A model generated the notes under the pieces. That model had not been told where the DNA came from, made no database searches, and was given only the letters and a program-made list of their open reading frames with translations. This document shows positions 14,401 through 26,142 of a stretch of DNA of 64,000 bases, piece by piece (the first letter of the stretch is position 1; each line of letters opens with the position of its first letter). Location: the NCBI RefSeq assembly GCF_963676685.1, contig NC_092347.1, positions 42,408,001-42,472,000 of the forward strand. The letters are read 5' to 3'. The position numbers were made by a program, and so were the translations under genes. The stretch is from Mytilus edulis. Lineage: Eukaryota.

Positions 14401-14510
14401 GAGCCTATTCAAAGCAAAAAAAATACCCCAAATTAAAGAAAATTGATAATTGAATAAACTGAGGATAAACGATATGTGCAGCAATGACCATTACAGGGGT
14501 TATGGAGGAC
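8455..14510. repeat. Satellite array, block 2, with 1320/1321-bp higher-order tandem units
   Basis: The monomer anchor AAGAAATAG falls at 9398, 9605, 9790, ~9996 and 10718 (spacings 207, 185, 206, 722). Sequence is near-identical at a 1320-1321 period from ~9222 to ~12706; identical 64-aa pseudo-ORFs sit at 9475, 10795 and 12116. Confidence 0.95.
8779..9325 (-). mobile_element. Retroelement tail inserted in a satellite monomer, copy 1 (copies 2 and 3 at 10105-10645 and 11426-11966)
   Basis: ~540-bp foreign segment at the same monomer position in three units. The empty site is visible at ~13265-13300 (GAGGAATAACATAAGTATCAATGATATGTG). Confidence 0.8.
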
Positions 14511-15752
14511 CGTCCGTCAGTCTTGTTTCTTGTCATCGCAACTCCTCTCAAACCACACAACAGAATGTCATGAAACCTTTTTAGATGAAAAGGACATAGT
14601 ATGTAGTTGTGCATATCGTCAGGAAATTACGATTCAATTTTTTTCTAGGAGTTACGCCCCTTTGAACTTATTTGCTTCAATGTACTACTGCAACAGTTTG
14701 TCATCGCAACTCCTCTAAATCTACACTACAGAATTTCATGAAACCTTTTTAGATAATAAGGACATACTATTAGATGTGCATATCGTCAGGAAATTACGAT
14801 TCAATTTTTTTTCTAGGAGTTATGCCCCTTTGAACTTATTCCGAGAATAAACTGGACCCCTGCTGTTGTTTCACTGTCATCGTGTGCCGAAGTATCAATC
14901 AGCGGGTGACCAGTTTAGTCCGAGAACTCGTGTGTACAATGACATTCTCGGACTTTATCGTTGCTAAATAACTAACGGAAGTCTTCGGGAGCATTCGAAT
15001 CAAATATATAGGGCCTCTAATGGGAATCCAGCAATCGAAATCCATTGACCTTGTTGTGTTGCACGACTTCTTAATCCGGTGAAAGGCTTTCAAACTATTA
15101 TTTAATTAAACAGTTTAGCTACAGAATGGCAGTTTCGATTTTGTGGCCGTAATTATTTGAGTAAGGTTCATTTAATTGATCTGAGGGAAAGTTCCTTTCT
15201 TGTCATTATCGGCGATGGTGGTAACTGACCAGTTTAACGTTTCTTTACGAAAAAATCACTTTATACATGCACACAGACATGCTAATTAGTTTGTAATAAC
15301 AACTCACAAGTTCATTAAACCTCAAATACCTTCGGGGATACTCTGCCACCCTGTGTTTGTTTAATTAAATCATGCAAATAATTAATTATATTTTATTGTT
15401 TTGATTGGTATTGATCGATTTTGACAGGTAATTTTTAGATACAAATTTACTAACGAGCCTTCAAAAAGCGTTCGGAATTCGGTGTTGACAGGGTTCGGTT
15501 TTTTCAGGTTAGATTAACGTTAATTAATAGGGAAATTGTGTGGGACTTTGAAAATTGTTCGGTTTAAACTGAAATTCGGTTTTATCAGGGTTCGGTTTAC
15601 CCAGGTTTCACTGTATGTAGATGTGCATATTGACAGGAAATTATTAGTCATTATTTTTTCTTATACAATTTTTTTTTCTTACACTTATTCAATTTCTCCA
15701 GTGACAATGTGGGGACGTGGGGTATGTGAGCGTGCTCACTAAGGTTCTTTAA
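14510..15752 (+). mobile_element. Helentron-associated non-autonomous element (HINE/DINE-1-like), interrupted by a pogo/Tc1-like remnant at ~14841-15613
   Basis: CCGTCCGTC microsatellite start and two ~170-bp internal tandem units (14530-14840). The element resumes at ~15614 and ends in the hairpin GTGAGC-GT-GCTCAC followed by a T-rich tail. The inserted piece ends GGTTTCACTG|TA, a pogo-like TIR. Confidence 0.65.
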
Positions 15753-16377
15753 TTTTATATGCTAAGACTTCATAAAGTTATCCTTAAAGTGAAAATGTCC
15801 TTAAGACCTTAGTAGTAGCCCTAAAGTTGGGACCACCATTAGGACATCTCTTAAAATAAGATCGTTTCAATAACATGGCTAATAGCAAAAATATCTCCTA
15901 CGATGGTCTTGGGACATGTCTTAGTCCTAAGACACCTTCGATGACACGACTCCAGGTCACTACAATTTAATTTATTTATCTACAATGTACGCTTGCGTTA
16001 AACAATGTATATTATAATTCTGTTGACTGGTAAAGAAGAATTTTACAAGCCTGTCGAAAGAAATTGTACAAGCCATTTCCGTAGAAATTATTGTATAGCG
16101 TGAAGATTGTATGTTTTTCTTGTATATGTTTCGACATTTTACAGATCGTTTTCAAAACTCCATTTCATTACTCTGTAATATTTTCCACTGAACATACACA
16201 AAACACTTTTAAGGATAATTATATAAAAACCGCGCCCAATAGTCAATAGTGTCCTGGTTTTGATTCCAAAATATGTAGTCATACTTGAATGCAAATGTTT
16301 TAGCTCACCTGACACCAGGGCTAGGTGAATAATTCTCATCATTTGTCGTGCGTTAAATTTTACAAACATAAAAAAGA

Positions 16378-16530
16378 AAATGTGGTATGATTGCCATGCA
16401 ATGAGACAACTCTCCACAAGAAACCAAAATGACACTGAAATTAACAACTTTAGGTCACCGTACGGCCTTCAACAATTAGCAAAGCCCATAACGCATAGTC
16501 AGCTAAGAAAGGCACCAAAATGACAATGTA
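16378..16530. repeat. Abundant interspersed repeat (ATGTGGTATGATTGCC..ATGAGACAACTCTCCACAAG family)
   Basis: Also present at ~281-350, and as the reverse complement at ~6618-6683 and ~61995-62120. Confidence 0.65.
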
Positions 16531-17106
16531 AAAAAATGAAACACTTAAACAAAAGACACCGGTACGTCTAAACACCGCTCAGGACGTCCTGAGTGCACTC
16601 AGGACATACAAACTGCACTCAGGACATGACATATATGTTTTAGTGTGTTGTGAAGGTATGCATTCGATAGATAATATAACTCTTCATCTAATAATTTTTG
16701 TTTTGATAAAATCATTTTAACATTTTAACATTTAAGGAGTTATCGAAGTTTTCATCGGCCGTTTTTGTGAAATATGTCAGGCATGACCTAGGATTATATA
16801 TATTGAATACCAATTATCAGGTTTATTTTGCCTAGCCAGTCAAGGTCGTTAAAAACTTCCATTTGTTGTTGTTTATTAGGTCATTTGGTCTTTAATAGTT
16901 AGGAGTTATTAGTGATGGTACTAACCGCATACAAGTAAGCTTGGCAAACAAACAAAATAAGATGTCTTTTGAAATATCAAAAAACAATGAAGATATATTG
17001 TTTTAGAAAAAACCCGCTAAATAAACATTTTTCTTTTTGTTTGTAATAATTGAAGACAGTCGAGAAATATGAGAAATCTACATATATAGTTTGGAAATTT
17101 AATTCA

Positions 17107-17482
17107 ATAGACCACTTTCGAGTTCATCCGTCACCGGAAAAAAACTCGTCAATTATACGCGCCTTTATGACGTCATTTACCAGATAGAGGGGATCGCCTG
17201 TATCCCTGCACTATTAACGTTCATCAAGCGTCTTAGTGATCGTCATTATGCAGGATAAACTAGAAATAATGCTTGTTATATAGGTACTTAATGACAATTC
17301 CGAATGACAGTAGTGCTGATTGTCAATTTTGAGAATTCAATTTGCCGTACAATATAGAAGTATAGTTTTCCAACCACTCGCTCAATATTGGAATGGAAGT
17401 GACGACGCCCCTAAACGCACAAATGACGTTCACTAAAACTAGAGTTTTTGACGGAAATGCATCGAACTCGAAAGTTGTCTAT
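17107..17482. mobile_element. MITE with ATAGAC termini and a 3-bp TSD (Academ-like)
   Basis: ATAGACCACTTTCGAGTTC...GAACTCGAAAGTTGTCTAT inverted repeat, flanked by TCA at 17104-17106 and 17483-17485. The superfamily call is tentative. Confidence 0.7.
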
Positions 17483-17960
17483 TCATTTAATTTCGTACAC
17501 TATATTTTATTTTAATTTCGTGCGATGAAAATTTTAGTTTTATTCTTGCTTCAAAAATTAGGAATTTTTATTATTAGATGTATTAACGACTAACTTCTTT
17601 CGATGACAGAAACCAACCCGCGTCAACATACACTCCAAAATTCATTTTTGATGGGGGAGTGTTATGACGACAAACGCTCGAGAGCTGTAACCGAGGTGTT
17701 GAATAATGGACATTCATTTAACTGTCTCACGACTTTGGTACTGATTATGATACCTGTCATCGTTATTACTACGTCAGAAACTCGTAGACTAGTACGCCAT
17801 CATCGTTGTTAGCGGGCTATCAAGCTAACCAACCTGGGCCTGAAAGTAGCCGTTGTGAAGTACAAAAGAAACATCAAAAGAGTAAACAAACCATAAATAA
17901 CTCAGCATAACCAAGATGGCCGCGCACCAAAATAGCGGCCTTCAACCTGTTGCTGATTAC

Positions 17961-17999
17961 CAAGGATTTGTATAGTAAGTCTTACTATACAAATCCTTG
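17961..17999. mobile_element. 39-bp perfect hairpin mini-transposon with a 7-bp TSD (P-element-like)
   Basis: CAAGGATTTGTATAGTAAG-T-CTTACTATACAAATCCTTG, flanked by TGATTAC at 17954-17960 and 18000-18006. Confidence 0.8.
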
Positions 18000-18350
18000 T
18001 GATTACCAACTGCAGAAAATATCTAAAGCTCACCAATTGCCCGCGGGATGTATATCCAGTCAATGTCGTTAAATACTTCCATCATCAACATGTTAAACCA
18101 CGTACAAAAAGATCAAAGCCACAAACATGATAAGCAGAAAAAAAGCATTATTATAGTCCATTTGCCAATTCCCGACCCTGTAATTAGATACCTTTTTTAG
18201 TTGTCTCCATTATGAGGGACATTCATTTTTTTATTACAATGGAGAGCTAGCAGGAACAGCAAATTTACCTGTGCGTAATCTTAGATTTTGAAATCTTTTA
18301 ATTACATACATTTGTTGTTTAGATACATACTTACGACATCAGAAATTATT

Positions 18351-19665
18351 GTTAAAAACTTCCAAGTGCTCCACGAAACCTCTTTCTAAATTATTAACAT
18401 CTATTTTATCAGCAATCAAAGATGGGCTTCAAAGTTATTGTGAAACTGCCTATTCTAGAGGTGGCGTGAATCAGATGTGGATACTTAAAAATTCCAAAGA
18501 TCTTTTAGAGTACATACAATCTAACTCTCTTTCATCTTGTAACAGTGTTAAAACATTTGACTTTTCTACTCTTTACACAAGTATTCCACATTCCAAACTA
18601 AAAGACGAAAGAGTTGGTATTACTTTGCTTCATAAAAAAGAACGGCCAACGTAGATACAAGTATCTTGTCTTAGGGGGGGATAAATCATATTGTAAAGAA
18701 TCACTCTGATTCAGACAAAAAAATCTCTGAAACCGATATTATCAAGATGCTTGATTTTCTTGATTGACAACATATTTGTAACGTTTGGAGGACGTGTTTT
18801 TTAACAGACTGTCGGCATCCCAATGGGAACAAACTGTGTCCCTCTACTTGCCGACTTGTTTCTTTATTATTATGAAGCTGACTTCATGCAGGAACTTCTT
18901 AGGAAGAAAGATAAGAAGTTAGCAATATCCTTTAACTCTACTTTCCGCTATATAGATGACGTTCTTTCACTAAACAATTCAAAATTTGGTAACTATGTGG
19001 AACGCATCTATCCCATCGAATTGGAGATAAAGGATACTACAGATACAGTTAAGTCGGCTTCATATCTTGACTTACATCTAGAAATTGACAATGAGGGTCG
19101 GTTGAAAACAAAACTTTACGACAAAAGAGATGATTTCAGCTTTCCAATTGTGAACTTTCCATTTCTAAGTAGCAACATTCCAGCAGCACCTGCATACGGG
19201 GTATATATCTCCAAATTGAAACGATATTCCCGTGCTTGCATTTCCTATCATGATTTTCTTGATAGAGGGTTACTGCTCACAAGGAAGCTATTAAACCAAG
19301 AGTTCCAAATGGTGAAGTTGAAATCATCCCTTCGTAAATTTTACGGACGCCATCACGAGTTGGTTGACCGTTATGGAATAACACTTTCATGAATGTGACC
19401 TACCGAATTAGACTATTTACCGGATTTGTAATCACATAAGCAACACAACGGGTGCCACATGTGAAGCAGGATCTCCTTACCCTTCCGGAGCACCTGAGAT
19501 CACCCCTAGTTTTTGGTGGGGTTCGTGTTGTTTATTATTTAGTTTTCTATGTTGTGTCATGTGTACTATTGTTTTTCTGTTTGTCTTTTTCATTTTTAGA
19601 CATGGCGTTGTCAGTTTGTTTTATATTTATGAGTTTGACTGTCCCTTTGGTATCTTTCGTCCCTC
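18351..19665 (+). mobile_element. 5'-truncated Penelope-like retroelement (frameshifted RT pseudogene plus 3' UTR)
   Basis: RT motifs TFDFSTLYTSIPH (ORF 18349), MGTNCVPLLADLFL, FRYIDDVL, YLDL and KLYDKRDDF.FPIVNFPFLSSNIP (ORF 18823). No C-terminal GIY-YIG. Flanked by a 39-bp direct repeat (18312-18350 / 19666-19704). Confidence 0.85.
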
Positions 19666-20975
19666 TTGTTGTTTAGATAAATACTTACGACATCAGAAAT
19701 TATTTTTCAAACAAAATTAGTTTAACCGCCGATACATCATTTTCAATCCATCATACTTTGCATTGGCAAAAGCCAAATTGTCCGGTATGGAACCAGTCTC
19801 AGATTAACAAAGGGAAGTAATTTGTTTAAAAAGTTTGTAATAACAGAATCAAATCGGACCAAACATTTTGCCTTATTTTGCATTAGAAATGCACAGAAGA
19901 CTAAGTTGATGATATACATGCATTGGTTTAAGAATGGGATAAACATTACTTTTAACGAGTGACTCACTTTAAATATTGGTTTTATCGTGCAAAAAACCAA
20001 AAAAGAAGACAATTTTCATTCCAAATGTAATTAAGATTAATTGTATCGATGTATACCACCAGGACCAGTGCATCTATCCATTTTCAATGATTTTAATCTG
20101 AGGAATCTGCTCTAATTTCTGCATGATGACATTTTCAACCTTTCAAGCAACTGTGAAGTGCTGCAATATATTTTTAAGCAGCACATAAACAGTTATTAGA
20201 GAGGTACTTTCAGCTGAAACGAGAAAATATATTAATTTTGAAAAAACACTTTATACACTAAATAAAACATTTCAGTATCTCTTTTTATAATTTTTTTTTT
20301 GTGTTATAATATTTTTTTTGAATTTTACATTTGTTAGAGATACATGAAGTACCGGTACCTTATCCCGGCCTCGTGTTTCTTGTTTGTACACCTGATTTCT
20401 CTCACAGTCTATTAAAAAATAAACAGGGACTAAATTTAAAGTCAGTCCGGAGATTTAAAAAAAAATATGTGTTCCAGGGTTCACGTTCCCCTTTTCTAGC
20501 CCACTCTCCATGTTCTTTGTATGTACTTCATGTCCAGGTAAATGAAATGTGAGGTGAATATCAACTAAGGTGTGATCAAGTATAAAAAAATCAAATGACA
20601 CTCTCTCTAAAAGAACAGATATTATGAAACCATATAACATTTTAGTTCCAGGAAAATATCTTAAGAAGGTGGAAATAAAATTATGTTATGTTTGTTCCAA
20701 AGAACTTATTACCATTCAAAGACTTGTTCCAGGGGGAACAAGTATTATGGGAACAACAATCATGTTCACACCACTATGAGAATAAAAAGTTTTCTGGCTT
20801 TTGCCTTCAGTTGGAAAAGTTTTAAGATCTGTCATACACTAGATGTGTAAAAGTTAAATGCATTTTGTGTTTCAGAAAGATAATTTCTACAGGGGCGGAT
20901 TCAGCCATATACATTATTAGATAAAGAACTTGTGTTATGATGAATCTTGAAAAATAAGTGATGAAAACTGCATTA

Positions 20976-23900
20976 ATATGACCTCAATTGGAGATATAAC
21001 CAAGAGCCCAGAGGTGGATTTAAGGGGGAGCAGGGTGTTATTTCTGAACAATTGGTGGAATATAAAGGGAACACAGACGGATCAACCCATTTTAAAAAGG
21101 GGTTCCTAACCCGGGACAAAAAGGGGGATTATATAGGGAACACAAAATCTTACCGCTTTTGAATCCGCCACTGTGGAATCACTGAAGAATGACTAGAGAG
21201 GGCCCCTACTTTATGAAAATTTCTAGATCCGCCCGGGTCTGTGATAAATTTAAATCTAAATAAGCTATTGGTATTTATTACATTAAGTAGGTCAACAGCT
21301 CATCTAGCTAATAAATATATTGTTGTGCCTTTTTATGTATATGGTTCGTTGTAGATTAACATCTTAGAAATAGTTAAATTCATGTTTATGATTTGTGTCA
21401 TTATTGTTTCATTATTGTAACAATTATAAAAATCATTGTAATAACGTATTTAAGCACGTGAGATTCATTGCTATAAAAAAATAAACAGCTTACGCCCGAC
21501 GTCTTGTGTGGAAGTTTTATGCAATAATCATTAATAGTTTCTGAGGAAGTTTTAAGCAATAACCATTTATTGTTTTTGAGACACGGCGGGACATGTGAAC
21601 CCCTCCCCCCCTTCCCACCCTGTTTTTTTTACAAATATCACTAAAATAAAATTTTGAATCAAACCAAAAAGTATACAGATCTTTAAATTAGTATAACAAA
21701 GAAGTGTGTACAGTTTCAAGCAATAATCATAAATTGTTTTTGAGCTACGGCGCGACATGTAAAAAAAACCCTCCCCTTTTTTACAAAATACTCAATAACT
21801 CAAAAATAAAATTTTGAGTCATCACCAAAAAGTATACAGATCTTTAGATTAATATAACAAGAAGTGTGTAAAGTTTTAAGCAATAATCATAAATCGTTTT
21901 TGAGATACGGCGCGACATGTAAAAAAACCCTCCCCCTTTTAACAAAATACTCAAAAACTCAAAAAGGAAATTTTGCATCATCACCAAAAAGTATACAGAT
22001 ATTAAGATTAATATAACTAAGAAGTGTGTAAAGTTTTAAGCAATAATCAAGAAACGTTTTTGAGATACGGTGCGACATGTGAAAAAAGCACACCCCTGTT
22101 TTAGTTACAAAGTGCCGTAACTCAAAACGTTTAAATCTTATTTTCACCAAAAAGTATACAGATCATTTGACCATCATAAGAAACAACTATATTAAGTTTC
22201 ATGAAATTTGGATAAGTCGTTCTCAAGTTACGGTGCGACATGTTTACGCCGGACAGACGGACAGACGGACGGACGGACAGACGGACGGACACCAGACATT
22301 TGTATACCATAATACGTCCCGTCAAAATTTTGACGGGCGTATAAAAAAACCTTTTAACGAGGCGTATATCGGTTTATTAAAACTAAGAAAGTTGGTTTTA
22401 CTTAATTTAAACAAAACATTAAGGTATCTTACATCTATTTCATAAATAAAAAGCAATATATATATAATTATATATCGTTACAGTTTATGTATAGAGGGGA
22501 AATGCATACTTAAACCCGGTGCCTACTTTGGTGTTTGTACACCTGATTTCTCTAATATGACCTCAATTGGAGATATAACCCAGAGCCCAGAGGTAGATTT
22601 AAGGGGGTGCAGGGAACTATTTCTGAAAAATTGGTTGAATATAAAGGGAACACAGGCGGATCAAGCCATTTTAAAAAGGGGTTCCTAACCAAAGACAAAA
22701 AAAGGGGGGATTATATAGGGAACACACAATCTTACCGCTTTTGAATCCGCCACTGTGGAATCACTGAATAATGACTAGAGAGGGCCCCTACTTTATGAAA
22801 ATTTCTAGATCCGCCAGGGTCTGTGATAAATTTAAATCTGAATAAGCTATTGTTATTTATTACGTTAAGTAGGTCAACAGCTCATCTAGCTAATAAATAT
22901 ATTGTTGTGCCTTTTTATGTATATGGCTCTGATCTGGTTGTAGATTAACATCTAAGAAATAGTTAAATTCATGTTAATGATTTGTGTCATTATTGTTTCA
23001 TTATTGTAACAACTATAAAAATCATTGTAATAACGTATTTAATCACGTGAGATTCATTGCAATAAAAAAACCTTTTAACGAGGCGTATATCGGTTTATTA
23101 AATATATCTTTTTAAACTAAGAAAGTTGGTTTTACTTAATTTAAACAAAAAATTAAGGTATCTTACACTTTATCTATTTCATAAATAAAAAGCAATACAT
23201 ATATAAAAATATATCGTTACAGTTTATGTATAGAGGGAAATGCATACTTAAACCCCGTGCCTACTTTGGTGTTTGTACACCTGATTTCTCTAATATGACC
23301 TCAATTGGAGATATAACCCAGAGCCAAGAGGTAGATTTAAGGGGGCGCAGGGTTCTATTTCTGAAAAGTGGTTAAATATTAAGGGAACACAGGCGGATCA
23401 AGCCATTTTAAAAAGGGGTTCCCAACCCAGGACAAAAAAGGGGGATTATATAGGGAACACAAAATCTTACCGCTTTTGAATCCGCCACTGTGGAATAATT
23501 GAAAGTTGACTAGAGAGGGCCCCTACTTTATGAAAATTTCTAGATCCGCCAGGGTCTGTGATAAATTTAAATCAAAATAAGCTATTGTTATTTATTACGT
23601 TAAGTAGGTCAAGAGCTCATCTAGCCAAAAATAACAACTAAATGCATTTAATACCTATCTATTATATCTATTATACTGACAATAAACAAATAATACAAAT
23701 AAAATCCTATTTGGAATTCTCATACCTTGATAAACTCGTAATATAGTGTAAATCTCAAAATATATAACTTCCATTTTCTACAGACTGTACATGATATCAA
23801 ATGTCCTTCACATTACATGTGACGTATTTAATCACGTGAGATTCATTGCTAGAAAAGAAAACCCTTTTAACGAGGCGTATATATCGGTTTATTAAATATA

Positions 23901-24280
23901 TCTTTTTAACTAAGAAAGTTGGCTTTATATAATTTAACCAAAAATTAAGGTATTTTACACTTTATCTATTTCATAAATAAAAAGCAATATATATATCAGT
24001 TTAAATGAGAAATATATGATTAAAGACCGTGCACTCTTAAGTTATATGTTTGAAGCAAGCGCATAGGTCATCATATATACGTCTTGAAATTTCGAAGTGT
24101 CGGCATTTCACGAAAATAAACGCAATTGAGCTAATTTTTGGTGCATGTGGAAGATAATGTAAAAGCCTTTAAGATAAATACCGTAATTCAATGAACAAAT
24201 AAGTTTTTCATAGAGAAATATATCGCTACAGTTTAAGTATGCAGGGAAATGCATAGTTAAACCCCGTGCCTACTTTGGTG
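20976..24280. repeat. Local tandem duplication of a ~740-bp unit containing small CAG..GCGGAT-terminated MITE-like pieces (about three copies plus fragments)
   Basis: AATATGACCTCAATTGGAGATATAACC at ~20976, 22554 and 23292. The first copy is interrupted by a HINE. Confidence 0.8.
21482..22345 (-). mobile_element. HINE/Helentron non-autonomous element
   Basis: Terminal palindrome CCCGTCAAAATTTTGACGGG (22318-22337), (GACG/GACA)n microsatellite, internal tandem repeats and a TACGCCCG subterminal inverted repeat at both ends. Inserted in an A/T run; the empty site is at ~23060-23071. Confidence 0.8.
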
Positions 24281-24303
24281 GTCATTTTTACGCACGAAAT
24301 GCT

Positions 24304-24447
24304 NNNNNNNNNNNNNNNNNNNNNNNNNNNNNNNNNNNNNNNNNNNNNNNNNNNNNNNNNNNNNNNNNNNNNNNNNNNNNNNNNNNNNNNNNNNNNNNNN
24401 NNNNNNNNNNNNNNNNNNNNNNNNNNNNNNNNNNNNNNNNNNNNNNN
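24304..24447. other. Assembly gap (144 N)
   Basis: Run of N. Confidence 1.
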
Positions 24448-24469
24448 TTCAACTACCAATTATGTATTT

Positions 24470-24632
24470 TTAAAGTAGCTAAATCCAAGTGCAACATGTA
24501 CATTAAGCTGCAAAATTTTCTTATTTTCAAAGCAGCTAAATGCAAGAGGTCATATACATTGAGCTGCAAAATTTTCTTATTTTGAAGGCAGTTCAGTGCA
24601 ACACAGACGTTGAGCTGCAAAAGTTTCTTATC
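24470..24632. repeat. Short ~51-55-bp tandem repeat next to the gap
   Basis: AGCTGCAAAATTTTCTTAT-like motif at ~24506, 24561 and 24612. Confidence 0.7.
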
Positions 24633-25489
24633 ATCTACATCCGATTTCACCTGGATAGATGCACGCTTGATAAAGCTAGTTGGTCTAGCGAAATATTGCG
24701 TTTATTTTCATCATTTTGTAAATATTTTAAACATTCTTATATTTACATACTAAATAGTGTGTTAAAATTACATTGTTAGGCAATCTATATATATATATAT
24801 ATATATATATATTCTTTTATCCTAATTCGACAACTGGATTTGCAAAGAATTGTCTTGCTACGTCAATGTAGCTAACATTCATGTACTAATGTAATCAGTG
24901 ATTAGAATAATGCTGACAGTTGCGTCTAGATTTTGCTTGGCTCTAAGCTAGTCCTTAGTACAAACGGAGTATTAACTTTGTATATGTATGCATACAGGTT
25001 CTACTGAAACATACCTTTTTTCATTGACTGTTTAATATTATGTTTCAGGTCAATTCTTAAATAATGATATATTTTTCGTCAACCATATTTGATACCTTAT
25101 GTGTGTCGTCCTTAAGCCTTTCATTAAAACATCAATAATTGAAATGGCCTAATTAATGACCTTTGTGATTTTCGACCGTTCTGGTTGATTAACGAACATG
25201 GCTATGTAACTGCTTTTTAGGTGGACAATATCTCAAAAACTTACAATAAGAGAAAAAAAAATAGCTTTAAAAAATGTCAGAATATCAAGCTCTGTTTACC
25301 CAGAAAACTTAATATTTTGCTTACACACTTGGGATTTATTGGTCCTGAAGAAATTATATAGTTTATTTTTCGGAAATATTTAGCTATTGTTTCGAAAACT
25401 ATAGAAGCTAGATTAACTTTAAATGCAAAAATGAGCAATGTGACCATTTTTTTTGGGGGGGGGGGGAACATATAGAACAGGCCCCTCAA

Positions 25490-26142
25490 CAGGTAATGCT
25501 TACCCTTCCGGATCACCTCCATTTTTTTGTTGCTTAGTCTTTAGTTTTTTATGTTGTGGTTTGTATACTTTTTGTATATTCCCGGGCTGGTATTTCCTAT
25601 CATGATTTCCTTGATAGAGGATTGCTGCTCACAAGGAAGCTGTTACACAAAGATTTCCAAATGGTTCCCTTCGTAAATTTTTCGGACGCCATCACGAGTT
25701 GGTTGACCGTTATGGAATAACTGCTTCTCAGATGATATCGGATATGTTCCGTATGTCGTAACTACAATACCCTTCCCTATTCACGAATGTGACCTACCGA
25801 ATGATACTATTTACATGATTTGTAACATAAGCAACACGACGGGTGCCACATGTAGAGCAGAATCTGCTTACCTGATATCACCCCAGGTGTTGGTGGGGTT
25901 CGTGCTGCTTAGTCTTTAGTTTTCTATGTTGTGTCTTCTGTACTAATATTTGTCTGTTTGTCTTTTAATTTTTTGCCATGGCATTGTTAGTTTATTTTCC
26001 ATCTATGAGTTTAACTGTCTCTTTTGGTATCTTTCGTCCTTCTTTTGTGTTATGATCGTTTTTCATATTTAGCCATGGCTTTGTCAGTGTGTTTTCAATT
26101 TATGAGTTTGAATATTCCTTTGGTATCTTTCGCATGTCTTTC
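25490..26142 (+). mobile_element. Penelope-like RT C-terminus and repeated 3' tails (duplicate at ~34772-35425)
   Basis: YSRAGISYHDFLDRGLLLTRKLL matches the 18823 ORF. The tail ending GGTATCTTTCG occurs twice in tandem. Confidence 0.75.

Noticed and set aside
14917-14954. 10-bp stem AGTCCGAGAA/TTCTCGGACT as an ncRNA
   Set aside because: An isolated hairpin inside a transposon remnant with no other supporting structure.
17780-17945. GC-richer patch with CAAGATGGCCGC (YY1-like) as a promoter
   Set aside because: A single short motif with no associated gene or exon identifiable.
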